From a virus (lineage: Duplodnaviria > Caudoviricetes): a stretch of 53,440 bases of DNA. Below are positions 38,019 to 47,463 of the stretch, piece by piece. Position 1 is the stretch's first letter, and each line of letters opens with the position of its first letter. The DNA lies in IMG/VR virus record IMGVR_UViG_3300030116_007267, positions 1 through 53,440 of that record; one strand, written 5' to 3'. The position numbers and the translations under genes were made by a program. Below the pieces are notes generated by a model. That model saw only the letters and a program-made list of their open reading frames with translations, did not search any database and was not told the origin of the DNA.

Positions 38019-39717
38019 CTTTATGATTCTCAAGAATATCCAAGGGCGCTCGTAATGCCGCTACAGCATTACGCAATTCCATCATTAACGCCTTTTCTTC
38101 TTCATCTTCTTCATCTACAGCATCTGCATCTGAATCCGATTCTTCATCATCGTCTTCAGCTACAACTTCATCTTCTACAGGCAATGCAGGATCAATACCT
38201 TGCAAAGCTTCTGGTACTTCTTCAGGTTCTGGAATAAGCCGCTCTACTTCCGATTTAGACATGCTGAACAAAATTTCTAGCAGCGTTCTAGCTTGCTCAT
38301 GATCGATGTTTCCAGCACCATTCATAGACAAGATATTCATTAAATTTTGAACACCTTGAGTAGATGAAAGAGATGGGTCTTTTTGAGTTTCTTCAACTGG
38401 TGGAAGATTTAAAAATGCACGATATTCATTTTTAGAGATATCGCCATTAGTCCTAGCCTCTCTCATATTTTGAGCTTGAAGTTGCAAATCTTCAGCTTCA
38501 CACTTCTCATACCAAAACATTAATTTTGGATCGATATGTGTTTGCACAAGTTTTTCAACCAACAAGCTGGTCATGCCCAATAAAATATTAACTCGATCAC
38601 AAAATTGCTGACGAATTACCGTTGCTTGAGCATAACCACCTACATTAGATAACTCACCTAGCATAAATGGATGGACGCCTAGAGATGAAAGGATTCTAGT
38701 GCGCACCTTATCTTCTGATTTTTCCCATCCCATTTCATTTTGAGTAGCACTTAAACGTTGAATGCTATCAATCATCCCATCAATAATGGCAGGATTTCCA
38801 TAGTTATGGACGCCAGTCATAACTTTACGAATAGCATTTGTGACTTGTCGACGTTGTGATGCCGATAATCTAGGCCGAACTCCATCAGACATAGCATCTG
38901 GATGCGGTTGTTTTCCCATAGAAACAATTACTGATGGAAAAATACCATTTTCAAAAAACATCTCTTGTGATGTCTGAATGTTTTGATCGATTTTAATTGC
39001 TCGCAATTGTGCAGCTACAGGACTAGTAGCAGCTAAAGGATTTCCTGGATTTGGAAAACGAGCCATTCCAACATTTTCAGGAGATAAATCAACTGGCTTT
39101 GCATTGGGGTCATTTGGATTAATTAATCTAAATAACGAAAACGGACCATTTGTGTGATCAGGAATAATCCAACTAGAAGGCAATGCATAAAAATGTGGTC
39201 GCTTACGACCTTTTCTGCCTTGGTCTGGATAATCTACTACTACAAATGCCCAACCAGTTAAATTTAAATTACTGGTCATCATGTACAAAAAATCCCATTT
39301 CGATTGAAAGGGATTTGGATTTTGAGTTACATCATAGGCTAGATGCGAATCCTCAAGAACTACTACACCTTGATTATCTCCATGGTATTTTTGATGACCT
39401 TCTGGACGACTATGCCACTTTGATCCTGGAATAGTCCGCTTAGGATCATCACCCATAGCGTCTGTGGCATACTCTTTTTTGCCTAACACACATGGCGCAT
39501 TTGCAGCACGAGATGATAAAGCATGAATGGCTGAATAAAGCCATCCTTGGAAGAGATGATATCTAGATGTCAGATTAGTTTGCTGACGCTTATCTCTCCA
39601 ATAACCAGGAGTAGAATCTCCCATTTGAGCATATGCACCTGTTCGATTTCGTTTCTCATCAAACTGTGCATTTTTGACAGATTCCATCCGTTGAATCGCT
39701 TTATCTAGTGCTTTCAT
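37987..39717 (-). CDS. Portal protein (HK97 family)
   Basis: NPNP, L.L.G.AF, FFENG.FP, GV.P..LG, ..NE.R...NLPP. Confidence 0.92.
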   Translation of the reverse strand: MKALDKAIQRMESVKNAQFDEKRNRTGAYAQMGDSTPGYWRDKRQQTNLTSRYHLFQGWLYSAIHALSSRAANAPCVLGKKEYATDAMGDDPKRTIPGSKWHSRPEGHQKYHGDNQGVVVLEDSHLAYDVTQNPNPFQSKWDFLYMMTSNLNLTGWAFVVVDYPDQGRKGRKRPHFYALPSSWIIPDHTNGPFSLFRLINPNDPNAKPVDLSPENVGMARFPNPGNPLAATSPVAAQLRAIKIDQNIQTSQEMFFENGIFPSVIVSMGKQPHPDAMSDGVRPRLSASQRRQVTNAIRKVMTGVHNYGNPAIIDGMIDSIQRLSATQNEMGWEKSEDKVRTRILSSLGVHPFMLGELSNVGGYAQATVIRQQFCDRVNILLGMTSLLVEKLVQTHIDPKLMFWYEKCEAEDLQLQAQNMREARTNGDISKNEYRAFLNLPPVEETQKDPSLSSTQGVQNLMNILSMNGAGNIDHEQARTLLEILFSMSKSEVERLIPEPEEVPEALQGIDPALPVEDEVVAEDDDEESDSDADAVDEEDEEEKALMMELRNAVAALRAPLDILENHKDGSKSDKEDN

Positions 39718-40130
39718 TATTCTTGATTAGCCTGTTGAATAAACTGGCGACGAGCAGACATCGCAGTTTCCGTCTCCCAACGCTGCTGCGCATTTTTAAC
39801 AGCAGCAGTTAATTCTGGGATTACGATTTCTTCTGCAATTTGTAATTGAGACTGCAATCGCTCAATTTCTACTCGATACGTTTCATGATTTTTGACAATA
39901 TCACTTAACTCAGATCTAACGCCAGCAACAATTTCCCGATGATTTTTTAATTCACCAGCAGCTTCATTCACAATAGAACGTAAACGAGCCTCTTGCTGAC
40001 GCAAAACCTTGTTACGATCTGCCAACTGACTCTCTATATATTCTAACGTATTAGCACAATCTGATATTTTATTTTTTATCTGCTTTGAATACCCCAGCAG
40101 CACAAACCAACGTTTTATATTTTTCCACAT
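39717..40130 (-). CDS. Coiled-coil hypothetical protein
   Basis: Coupled to the portal gene. Confidence 0.65.
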   Translation of the reverse strand: MWKNIKRWFVLLGYSKQIKNKISDCANTLEYIESQLADRNKVLRQQEARLRSIVNEAAGELKNHREIVAGVRSELSDIVKNHETYRVEIERLQSQLQIAEEIVIPELTAAVKNAQQRWETETAMSARRQFIQQANQE

Positions 40131-40132
40131 TT

Positions 40133-40399
40133 TTATAAATCCGCTTCTGGAAGATCTTCAACAGTTGCCGAAATTAGCTGTTTTCGATCATTGTCAATCA
40201 TTTCACCAAAAGCAGCGATTGCCCTAGATGTTCGGTCGTGATTCCAATGAAAGGTTGTCATCGATGTCTTTAATTCGGCACCTTTAGTCGATGCGACAAA
40301 GACCATAATTCCTTCATTGTCCTCAACCTCATCCATAGCAGAATCAATAAGATTTCTTGCCTGAATCTTTGTGTCCAATAATTTTCGCTCAATACCCAT
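40133..40399 (-). CDS. Hypothetical protein, 88 aa
   Basis: ORF with AGGGG SD. Confidence 0.65.
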   Translation of the reverse strand: MGIERKLLDTKIQARNLIDSAMDEVEDNEGIMVFVASTKGAELKTSMTTFHWNHDRTSRAIAAFGEMIDNDRKQLISATVEDLPEADL

Positions 40400-40408
40400 G
40401 GTTTTCCC

Positions 40409-40756
40409 CTATGCAAAAGAAATTGATCCCGGCAGCATTTCAAAGCCACCATTTTCAATAAAAGATAATACTTTTTGAAATTCGTCTGCTAATTTTATTG
40501 AACCTTCTAGCACCCCATCAGCAGTAGCTTGATCCGTACCGCAAACAATTTCAGCCCTTACTAATATAGCCGATGACTGCGTTTGTACGATAGTCGAGAA
40601 ATAAGCCACTACAGTGCATATATAATCATATTGTTGATCAGGGATAGTTTGCGAATCGCAGTATACAAAATCTAGATTACTGCCCAATTTTACATGTTCA
40701 TCAAGTATACGAACAAATTCCTCGGCAGAACATACATTAACCGCTAATTCAAGCAT
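40409..40756 (-). CDS. Hypothetical protein, 115 aa
   Basis: Coupled ORF. Confidence 0.6.
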   Translation of the reverse strand: MLELAVNVCSAEEFVRILDEHVKLGSNLDFVYCDSQTIPDQQYDYICTVVAYFSTIVQTQSSAILVRAEIVCGTDQATADGVLEGSIKLADEFQKVLSFIENGGFEMLPGSISFA

Positions 40757-41108
40757 CTGTAGTTCGTCTTCCTAATAGTACACGCCAAAAAACACCTAAG
40801 CCTACCGTACCATCAGGCTTTGCTGCACTAAGGACATCATATTCTTCAGGATTTGGTGCTTGCGGATTTGTAATCGTTACCACATGCTCCTTAGTAATAC
40901 CTGGATCTTCTTGAAAATATACTTTGCAAGTAACACGAAATCCTTCACGTCCAAATTCGTTAGACTCGCCCTCTGTAGTAAACTGCTGCCAACACTTCTT
41001 TCCTGTAAAAACAGTTGTAAGTGTTTCAAATTGACCACCAAATTGATCAACAGCAGTGCTTCGAATTTTTGCACTCGCGGTATGTGGTAAATTACCTAAT
41101 ATTCCCAT
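40749..41108 (-). CDS. Putative head closure / stopper protein
   Basis: D..GG near the N-terminus, beta-rich 119 aa, Y.V pattern typical of SPP1 gp16-like proteins. Confidence 0.55.
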   Translation of the reverse strand: MGILGNLPHTASAKIRSTAVDQFGGQFETLTTVFTGKKCWQQFTTEGESNEFGREGFRVTCKVYFQEDPGITKEHVVTITNPQAPNPEEYDVLSAAKPDGTVGLGVFWRVLLGRRTTDA

Positions 41109-41110
41109 GA

Positions 41111-42412
41111 TTATCTTCCCATTGGTCCACCAGTGTAATTATTTAAATTACACTGTAATCTAGCGATTGGACCTTGTTCTTGATCCCAAATAAACGCCAT
41201 GGCACCTCTCTTTTGCCATGTAAATCCTTTAACCGTATGCCATGCATTATTGGCAGTTAGCCCTGGAAGATATTCAACCGATACACCTTGCTCCTCAAAC
41301 ATTGCAGGTTTTCCAGTACCCTTACGATGTTGGTCGCCTAGATGCCATTCTCTCCAACCACCAGCAGTCTCTGACCAATCTTGAGGCGCTTCATTTGCCA
41401 TAATAGAAGCTAATCGCAAAGCATTAATTGAATGTCCATGTTCAAATCCAATTAGATTGCATCCAAATCTATAAAACTTATAAGGCTTTGCAGAGGCATC
41501 TACATTAACGTTTGGATCATTGCGATAATAAGCATTCAAAACTCTAGCCAATGTATAAACAGATTGGCGATCATGATTTCCAGGAACACTTAAAATTTTT
41601 ACTGGAGCTACTTGTTTTAAACGTTCTATTGCAGCAATAGCTAATTGCTCACCTCTTAAATAAATGTAATGCCACGGCAATGATTCTGCCTGTGCTGTAC
41701 CTGCTGTAGTTGTATGCGCTACATTATCTACATGCAAAAAATCATTACCAAAAGGAAATACAATTTCAGTAATATTTTCATAACGAGATGATTGATCAAT
41801 CAAATTCTCAATTGCCCACATAAACAATTGTTCGCAATCCTCCAATGAATACGCATCTTGGCATTCAGGTGGATAACAATTAAGTCCTAAATGTGGATCA
41901 CAAATTGAAATTTCTAAAGAACGTTTTGATATTTTTTTAGACGGCTTCTTGTATTTGATACGAGGAACCACTGGAGAGTTTTCTTCAACCAACTCTAACA
42001 GATTTTCTAAAGCTAACCGTTCATCACTTTTACGTCTAAAGACTGCACGAATACGCCGCAATGGCATTTTCCACAGACTATCTTTTAACTTTCCACCAAC
42101 TTCCCAATTTGTTGAATCAACTCGATCTATCTCAAAGACATTCATATCAATATCAATGTCTTTAATTAAATCTTCAATAGTGACTATTTTTTTACCGACA
42201 TAAGACACTGTTAGTGTCGCATCTGTTTCAGTCGTTTTCACACATTCTTTTAAATTGCCCTGCCTATCTACTAATTCACGCTTTGCTTGGGCTACACGAT
42301 CTCTAAGTGTGGTTCTAGGAAGACCTAAGACTTTTGCAGCTTTAGCTACAGAACCATACCGCTCTACAGCTTCTAGCGCTTGGCATAATTGATCAAGATT
42401 AAGTTCACTCAT
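41111..42412 (-). CDS. HTH plus calcineurin-like metallophosphoesterase
   Basis: GS..KAA..LG..RTTL..R; D.H.G, GND, GNHD, HGH, GD.H motifs. Confidence 0.85.
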   Translation of the reverse strand: MSELNLDQLCQALEAVERYGSVAKAAKVLGLPRTTLRDRVAQAKRELVDRQGNLKECVKTTETDATLTVSYVGKKIVTIEDLIKDIDIDMNVFEIDRVDSTNWEVGGKLKDSLWKMPLRRIRAVFRRKSDERLALENLLELVEENSPVVPRIKYKKPSKKISKRSLEISICDPHLGLNCYPPECQDAYSLEDCEQLFMWAIENLIDQSSRYENITEIVFPFGNDFLHVDNVAHTTTAGTAQAESLPWHYIYLRGEQLAIAAIERLKQVAPVKILSVPGNHDRQSVYTLARVLNAYYRNDPNVNVDASAKPYKFYRFGCNLIGFEHGHSINALRLASIMANEAPQDWSETAGGWREWHLGDQHRKGTGKPAMFEEQGVSVEYLPGLTANNAWHTVKGFTWQKRGAMAFIWDQEQGPIARLQCNLNNYTGGPMGR

Positions 42413-42975
42413 TTTTCAATCCACATATGATCTACCAAGCCCAACTCAATTGCAGTCTCCGCATTAAAATAACAATCCCCTGCCTGACTACAAATATCAT
42501 TCCAATAACTAGCTGGTTGCTTTGTATGCAATTCCATCAAATCTAACCAACGTTTACCAATAGCATCTCGATGCTCAATCTGTTTTTTTATTTCATCATA
42601 TCGTTGCTGACCAAAATCTTCCCATCCTTGATGGACCATCCAACTTGTATTAGGCAATGTGTATCTCATTCCTGGAGTGCCACAAGCAACTAACAATGGG
42701 CCAGCACTCATACATTTACCAATAGCAATTGTTTCGACATCGTTGGGGATGCTTTGAATAGCATCATACAATCCCAACATTTCATACTCACAACCACCAA
42801 AAGAACCTATAAACAATTCAATCTTGGTGGATGCTATGAATGCAAGATGGTAAATGCCTTTAATGACATTTGAAATCGCTTTGGAATCGATGTCGTCAAG
42901 CAAATATACGCGACGTTGCTCGGCACAAATACCCCAATCAAATAGGGGTTGCCCCTCCCAATCACGTTTAGGCAT
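42409..42975 (-). CDS. clpP: ClpP-like serine protease
   Basis: I.S.GG, G.CMSAG (Ser), MVHQ (His), D.YF.A..A.E.GLVD (Asp). Confidence 0.9.
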   Translation of the reverse strand: MPKRDWEGQPLFDWGICAEQRRVYLLDDIDSKAISNVIKGIYHLAFIASTKIELFIGSFGGCEYEMLGLYDAIQSIPNDVETIAIGKCMSAGPLLVACGTPGMRYTLPNTSWMVHQGWEDFGQQRYDEIKKQIEHRDAIGKRWLDLMELHTKQPASYWNDICSQAGDCYFNAETAIELGLVDHMWIEK

Positions 42976-42989
42976 ACACGAGCCCTCGC

Positions 42990-43805
42990 TTAACTATGCA
43001 TGGACCAACCGTGATTTACGAACGATTCCAGTAAGTTAGCAGATTCTTGTGTAATAGAATTACGATTACCAAAATTGCGATCAACCAAAGAACCTGCCGA
43101 AGTTGCTCCGATAGAATAGCTGTAATCACCTAACCGTTCCTGCGTAATCATCCCCAAACTAAATCCAGTAGCTGATTTTTTTCCACTCATCAGCACTGCT
43201 TGCTTAAATCTACGTACTGTTTCAATTAGCATCGCAGACATAATAGGAGTTGCATCTAACACGTTAGCATGACCATATAATTCAGCAGGTGAATAACCTG
43301 CCCAATAAATAATTTTGATACCTCCAGGTTCAGTGTTCCACCGATAACCACGAAGTATGCCATCATTAGCTACTTTGGCACCGTTATCATCTTCAACATC
43401 ATAATCGCCCCAATAATCTGTACCTTCAACCAACAAATCAGTGAAGCTGCCAGCAACTGTGCCATTTCTTCCAAGTGCATCCACATACACCACAGGATCT
43501 TGCGCGTTTTCTGTACCTGCATTGCGCAATGGAAGATGCTGTAGTTGCAATTCGTCAGAACGATTGACCGCAGAAAATTCCATGAATGCATCGGTAGCAC
43601 TGGAATTCCACCAATACGACAAAGAATCATTTCTCAAATGCTGATTACGATAATATTGTGTATGTGATCGCAATACCGGATCGTAATGCAAATATTGTTT
43701 AATTGCACCATAAGCATACTTAATCGATTCCACAACGATAGCGCGTTCTAACGTTGTCGGATCGGGTATGTTCAGCTCAATTAATGCTTGTTCCGGTTGA
43801 ATCAT
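42990..43805 (-). CDS. Head-tail connector / adaptor
   Basis: I..Y.AGY, E.LGDYSYS, LL..F; ATGA overlap at 43805. Confidence 0.7.
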   Translation of the reverse strand: MIQPEQALIELNIPDPTTLERAIVVESIKYAYGAIKQYLHYDPVLRSHTQYYRNQHLRNDSLSYWWNSSATDAFMEFSAVNRSDELQLQHLPLRNAGTENAQDPVVYVDALGRNGTVAGSFTDLLVEGTDYWGDYDVEDDNGAKVANDGILRGYRWNTEPGGIKIIYWAGYSPAELYGHANVLDATPIMSAMLIETVRRFKQAVLMSGKKSATGFSLGMITQERLGDYSYSIGATSAGSLVDRNFGNRNSITQESANLLESFVNHGWSMHS

Positions 43806-45085
43806 GGCGTTATTGAAAGGACACGAGAACCTGCCCGTTTCCAATCTGCTCCATCTGCAAGGTCATAGAAATCAAAATGTATTGAATACACTCCTGTCTG
43901 CGCTAGATTGCTATCAGCACCATCTAATCGCAATCGATATCGACCAGCACCTAAGTGAGTAATAGTGCTGCCATTAGATGTTGGAGTACCTTCAGTTACT
44001 GTCAACCACGCTGTTGAGGTACCTGCCCCCGTAAATGTGCATCTCGCAAGATCGCCAACTTGCGGAATAATAATTAATTCACAAGCATCATACATTTCAA
44101 AATCAAAGTTTTTCGTTAACCCACGACCCACTGCGGCTAACGAAATTTCAGTAGTGCCTGTACAAGATCCAGCTTGTGGAGGATATAGTTTAACCATGTC
44201 GGGATACTGTATACTTTGAGATGAACTGGTGGATGATGATGAGCTTGACGTTGATGTAGTCGAACTCGAAGTCGATGTGCTATCACTCGACGATGAACTA
44301 GTTGACGATTGGCTAGATGAACTTTGCGATGATTCTGAACTACTAGAGGTCGACGATGAGCTTGACGTACTACTTGTAGAAATTGACGACGATGTTGACG
44401 AACTCGATGATGATGATGAGCTTAGACTGCTATCAGATGACCACGAGGACGAACTCGACGTTGACAACGAACTGGACGACGTTGATGACGACGAACTTTC
44501 ACTACTAGCTGACGAGAACGATGACGAACTGGTTGATTCTGATGACGAACTTGATGAAGTTGACGACGTTGAACTTAACGACGACGATGACGATGAGCTT
44601 GATTCTGATTCATCAGATTGCGAACTTGAAGACGATGAACTTAACGACGATGAACTAGAAGACGAACTACTCGATGATGATGAGCTTGTTTCGGCTGATT
44701 GTGAACTAGACGTTGACGACGATGACGACGACGAGCTTAATTCTGATGTACTACTGAACGAACTTGACGACGAGCTAGATTCTGCTGACTGTGAACTAGA
44801 TGTTGAAGACAATGACGACGAACTAGATGACGACGAACTAGTTGACGACAGTGACGACAGTGACGACAAAGAAGATGAAGTTGAAGAGCTAGTGGATGAC
44901 TCGCTCAACGACGATGATGATGTCGATGAAGTCGAAATCGAAGAAGACGATGACGACGCACTTGATGTAGATATACTAGACGATGAACTACCATCCTCTA
45001 ATATATCCGCAAAAAATACAGTATCGGGGCGATATATATCCCACCGATGCCGGAAAACACCGAGTTGTCTACGTTCAAAAGCCAC
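43802..45085 (-). CDS. Virion-region protein with a central serine tract of about 260 aa
   Basis: Short N-terminus, serine tract at about 44213..44989, beta-rich C-terminal domain. Confidence 0.75.
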   Translation of the reverse strand: MAFERRQLGVFRHRWDIYRPDTVFFADILEDGSSSSSISTSSASSSSSSISTSSTSSSSLSESSTSSSTSSSLSSLSSLSSTSSSSSSSSSLSSTSSSQSAESSSSSSSFSSTSELSSSSSSSSTSSSQSAETSSSSSSSSSSSSSSLSSSSSSSQSDESESSSSSSSSLSSTSSTSSSSSSESTSSSSFSSASSESSSSSTSSSSLSTSSSSSWSSDSSLSSSSSSSSSTSSSISTSSTSSSSSTSSSSESSQSSSSQSSTSSSSSDSTSTSSSTTSTSSSSSSTSSSQSIQYPDMVKLYPPQAGSCTGTTEISLAAVGRGLTKNFDFEMYDACELIIIPQVGDLARCTFTGAGTSTAWLTVTEGTPTSNGSTITHLGAGRYRLRLDGADSNLAQTGVYSIHFDFYDLADGADWKRAGSRVLSITP

Positions 45086-45095
45086 AGATTAGTCC

Positions 45096-45545
45096 TTAAC
45101 CAATCTCTTCAATAGTCAAAGTGCCTGAAAAGCTAGTTGCTGAAGCAGGCGCTGCCGCTGTCAAAATCTCAATAGTTTGTCCACCCTTCAATTCCCAACG
45201 AAATTCGGGAGTAGGCAAATATTGCCAACCACTCAGAGCATTTGCAGCAAATCGTTCAAGAACTTCAACACTAGTAGCTTTTGTACCGCCATAACTACTA
45301 GTACCTGCTGCTGACGCGCCATGTGCATTAACAGCTACAGCACCTACAGTTGTACCTGCTGAAGCAGGCGTACCGCGATTAACAACGAATGCAATCTGAT
45401 CGGATGTATCATCATTTGATGACTGAGAAAGCGCTGCTAAATGCACAATTGCAGATTTATCGTTTGGCGTACGATATTCAACAACAACAACATCTGCTGC
45501 ACTGATAGACACAAATGGCGAATTAAATTTGAATACTTGACCCAT
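45096..45545 (-). CDS. Putative small structural protein
   Basis: Ala/Ser/Thr-rich beta protein ending L..EE. Confidence 0.6.
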   Translation of the reverse strand: MGQVFKFNSPFVSISAADVVVVEYRTPNDKSAIVHLAALSQSSNDDTSDQIAFVVNRGTPASAGTTVGAVAVNAHGASAAGTSSYGGTKATSVEVLERFAANALSGWQYLPTPEFRWELKGGQTIEILTAAAPASATSFSGTLTIEEIG

Positions 45546-45581
45546 AATTACACCTTAATTGAAAAATTAATCAGAGAATAT

Positions 45582-45590
45582 ATTATACCA
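45582..45590 (-). promoter_or_regulatory. Possible extended -10 promoter
   Basis: TGGTATAAT in an AT-rich intergenic gap. Confidence 0.35.
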
Positions 45591-45595
45591 ATTGA

Positions 45596-47455
45596 TTAGC
45601 CTAAAGATGCAGAAAACGAACCACCGATTTGAATTATCTTAGCTCGCTGTTCAATTCTAAAAGCTATATCCATATCGGATGCAAAAACAGCTTCTCCACC
45701 CATTTCAATAACCAGTATTACACTAGAACTGGTAGAACTGGTTGAAACAGATGATGATGACGACGATGACGTACTGGTAGTTGAACTAGATGAACTAGAA
45801 CTAGTAGATGTCGACAAACTTGATGATGAACTAGAGGATGATGCAGACGATGATGAACTAGAGGATGTCGAACTGGTAGATATAGATGATGAGCTAGATG
45901 TTGACGATGAACTTGACGAAAGGCTACTAGAACTAGATGAACTAGTATCTATCAATGACGATTGGCTTGATGACGACGACGAGCTAGAAGACGAAGAACT
46001 TGACGACGAGCTAGAAGATGAACTAGAAGAAGAACTAGAAGAAGAATCATCTACTATATTGTATGCAGTAGCCCCTGCATCCCAATTAGCTGCTGCCGTA
46101 TCTCGCTGCTCATCAAATAAATCTTTTGTTTCTTCATCTGCAACATTGGTAGACAAAACAGCAGCTACATCAATTGCTGGACTTGTTGCTTTATGCGTAA
46201 AGTCTCCATTGGCAATATTTGTATATACATCACTACCTGTTGTTGTTGTATAGCTTACATTAGCATCTGTAGAATCAGGAACATAAATGTTGTTCTTTGT
46301 TTCACTTGTAGCTACAAAACCTTCTGGAGTTGGGCTACCCTTTTCTCCAGTAGTCGCTCCATTTGTAAATGTATCGGGATTTGTATTAGTTTCGAAAACT
46401 TCCCATAACGAAGTTGTCGTGTTGTAAGCAACACAATACCAAGTTGTATTTGCCACAACTGTTTTTCTAAATACACGATAGCTTGAATTGTCTGTAAAGT
46501 TTGTGTTGCTATCGCTAATAGTGCCATAAACAGGACAAACTTCATAATTACCGTCGTAATTAGAATTCGACATACTAGCAAGTGTTAAATGGATAGTTCC
46601 ATTAATCTTTACTCGTAGTGTGTCACTCGATGAACCGCTTCCATCCCAGGTAACATTACCGCCAGTTTCTGAAGATGCCCTAACCTCTGGATCAAATGCT
46701 GGCGTTAAATCATCGTTTGCTTCACCAACAACATTATTTTTAACCTTAATGTGTGTTGAACTAGCTGATTGGATAACGTCACAATTTCGACCACCCAACG
46801 AATTATTAACAAACGTGCAACCATAAACTTTTAATGGATAGTTCGATGCGGAATTACCACTCGTTTCTGAATAACGTAAAATTGCTGATGCATCGGCAGT
46901 ACCCGAAATTGTATTGCTATAAAAAACACAATTTCTAAAAAGCAAACCTGTTCCTGCACTTCGCATTACAAGACCAATAGCACTGGTATCAGTACTACAG
47001 GACCAAGAATGAAACATGCAACGATCTATACTAATTTGTGTTGATGTAGGAACTGTCGAATAGCGAACTTTGAAAAAGCCTACATCTCCACCATTTGAAT
47101 TAGCGCACTCAAATTCAATTTCTTTAAATTGAAAACCACCAGTGATGCCAGACAAACCCCCACCGAACTGCATTCCATTATCTGCATAATTAAATCTAAA
47201 CTTTGTGGCATTACCACCTGTTTCACCATACGGAATTCCTGTAAATCCCTGAGAAGTTACCGTCAGTTGATTACATGCATCTATCCATGTGCCTTGTCCC
47301 CAACCCGTTTGATAACGTTCAGCGTCATGAATTTCACCGCTTAAAAACGTGATCAGCCAATCACCAGTGCCACCACCGGGATCTGAGGATTCAAGAAACT
47401 CTCGCCAAGTAGAGAAGTCGCCTGTTGAACCAATTGTGTATTCGTAGAGTGCCAT
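45596..47455 (-). CDS. Beta-helix (pectin-lyase-like) virion appendage protein with a serine tract of about 108 aa
   Basis: NC.F / CTF.NN repeats, SPAID..D.GA cap motif, DDS27 run. Confidence 0.7.
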   Translation of the reverse strand: MALYEYTIGSTGDFSTWREFLESSDPGGGTGDWLITFLSGEIHDAERYQTGWGQGTWIDACNQLTVTSQGFTGIPYGETGGNATKFRFNYADNGMQFGGGLSGITGGFQFKEIEFECANSNGGDVGFFKVRYSTVPTSTQISIDRCMFHSWSCSTDTSAIGLVMRSAGTGLLFRNCVFYSNTISGTADASAILRYSETSGNSASNYPLKVYGCTFVNNSLGGRNCDVIQSASSTHIKVKNNVVGEANDDLTPAFDPEVRASSETGGNVTWDGSGSSSDTLRVKINGTIHLTLASMSNSNYDGNYEVCPVYGTISDSNTNFTDNSSYRVFRKTVVANTTWYCVAYNTTTSLWEVFETNTNPDTFTNGATTGEKGSPTPEGFVATSETKNNIYVPDSTDANVSYTTTTGSDVYTNIANGDFTHKATSPAIDVAAVLSTNVADEETKDLFDEQRDTAAANWDAGATAYNIVDDSSSSSSSSSSSSSSSSSSSSSSSSSSSQSSLIDTSSSSSSSLSSSSSSTSSSSSISTSSTSSSSSSSASSSSSSSSLSTSTSSSSSSSTTSTSSSSSSSVSTSSTSSSVILVIEMGGEAVFASDMDIAFRIEQRAKIIQIGGSFSASLG

Positions 47456-47463
47456 AATTTTCC

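Noticed and set aside
44229-45092. Long Asp/Glu/Leu-rich plus-strand ORFs opposite the serine tracts (also 29741..29929, 35826..36239, 52156..52581)
   Set aside because: Shifted antisense reading of TCN/AGY runs gives GAN/CTN codons with no stops; no SD or plus-strand promoter; the minus-strand frames are coupled into the operon
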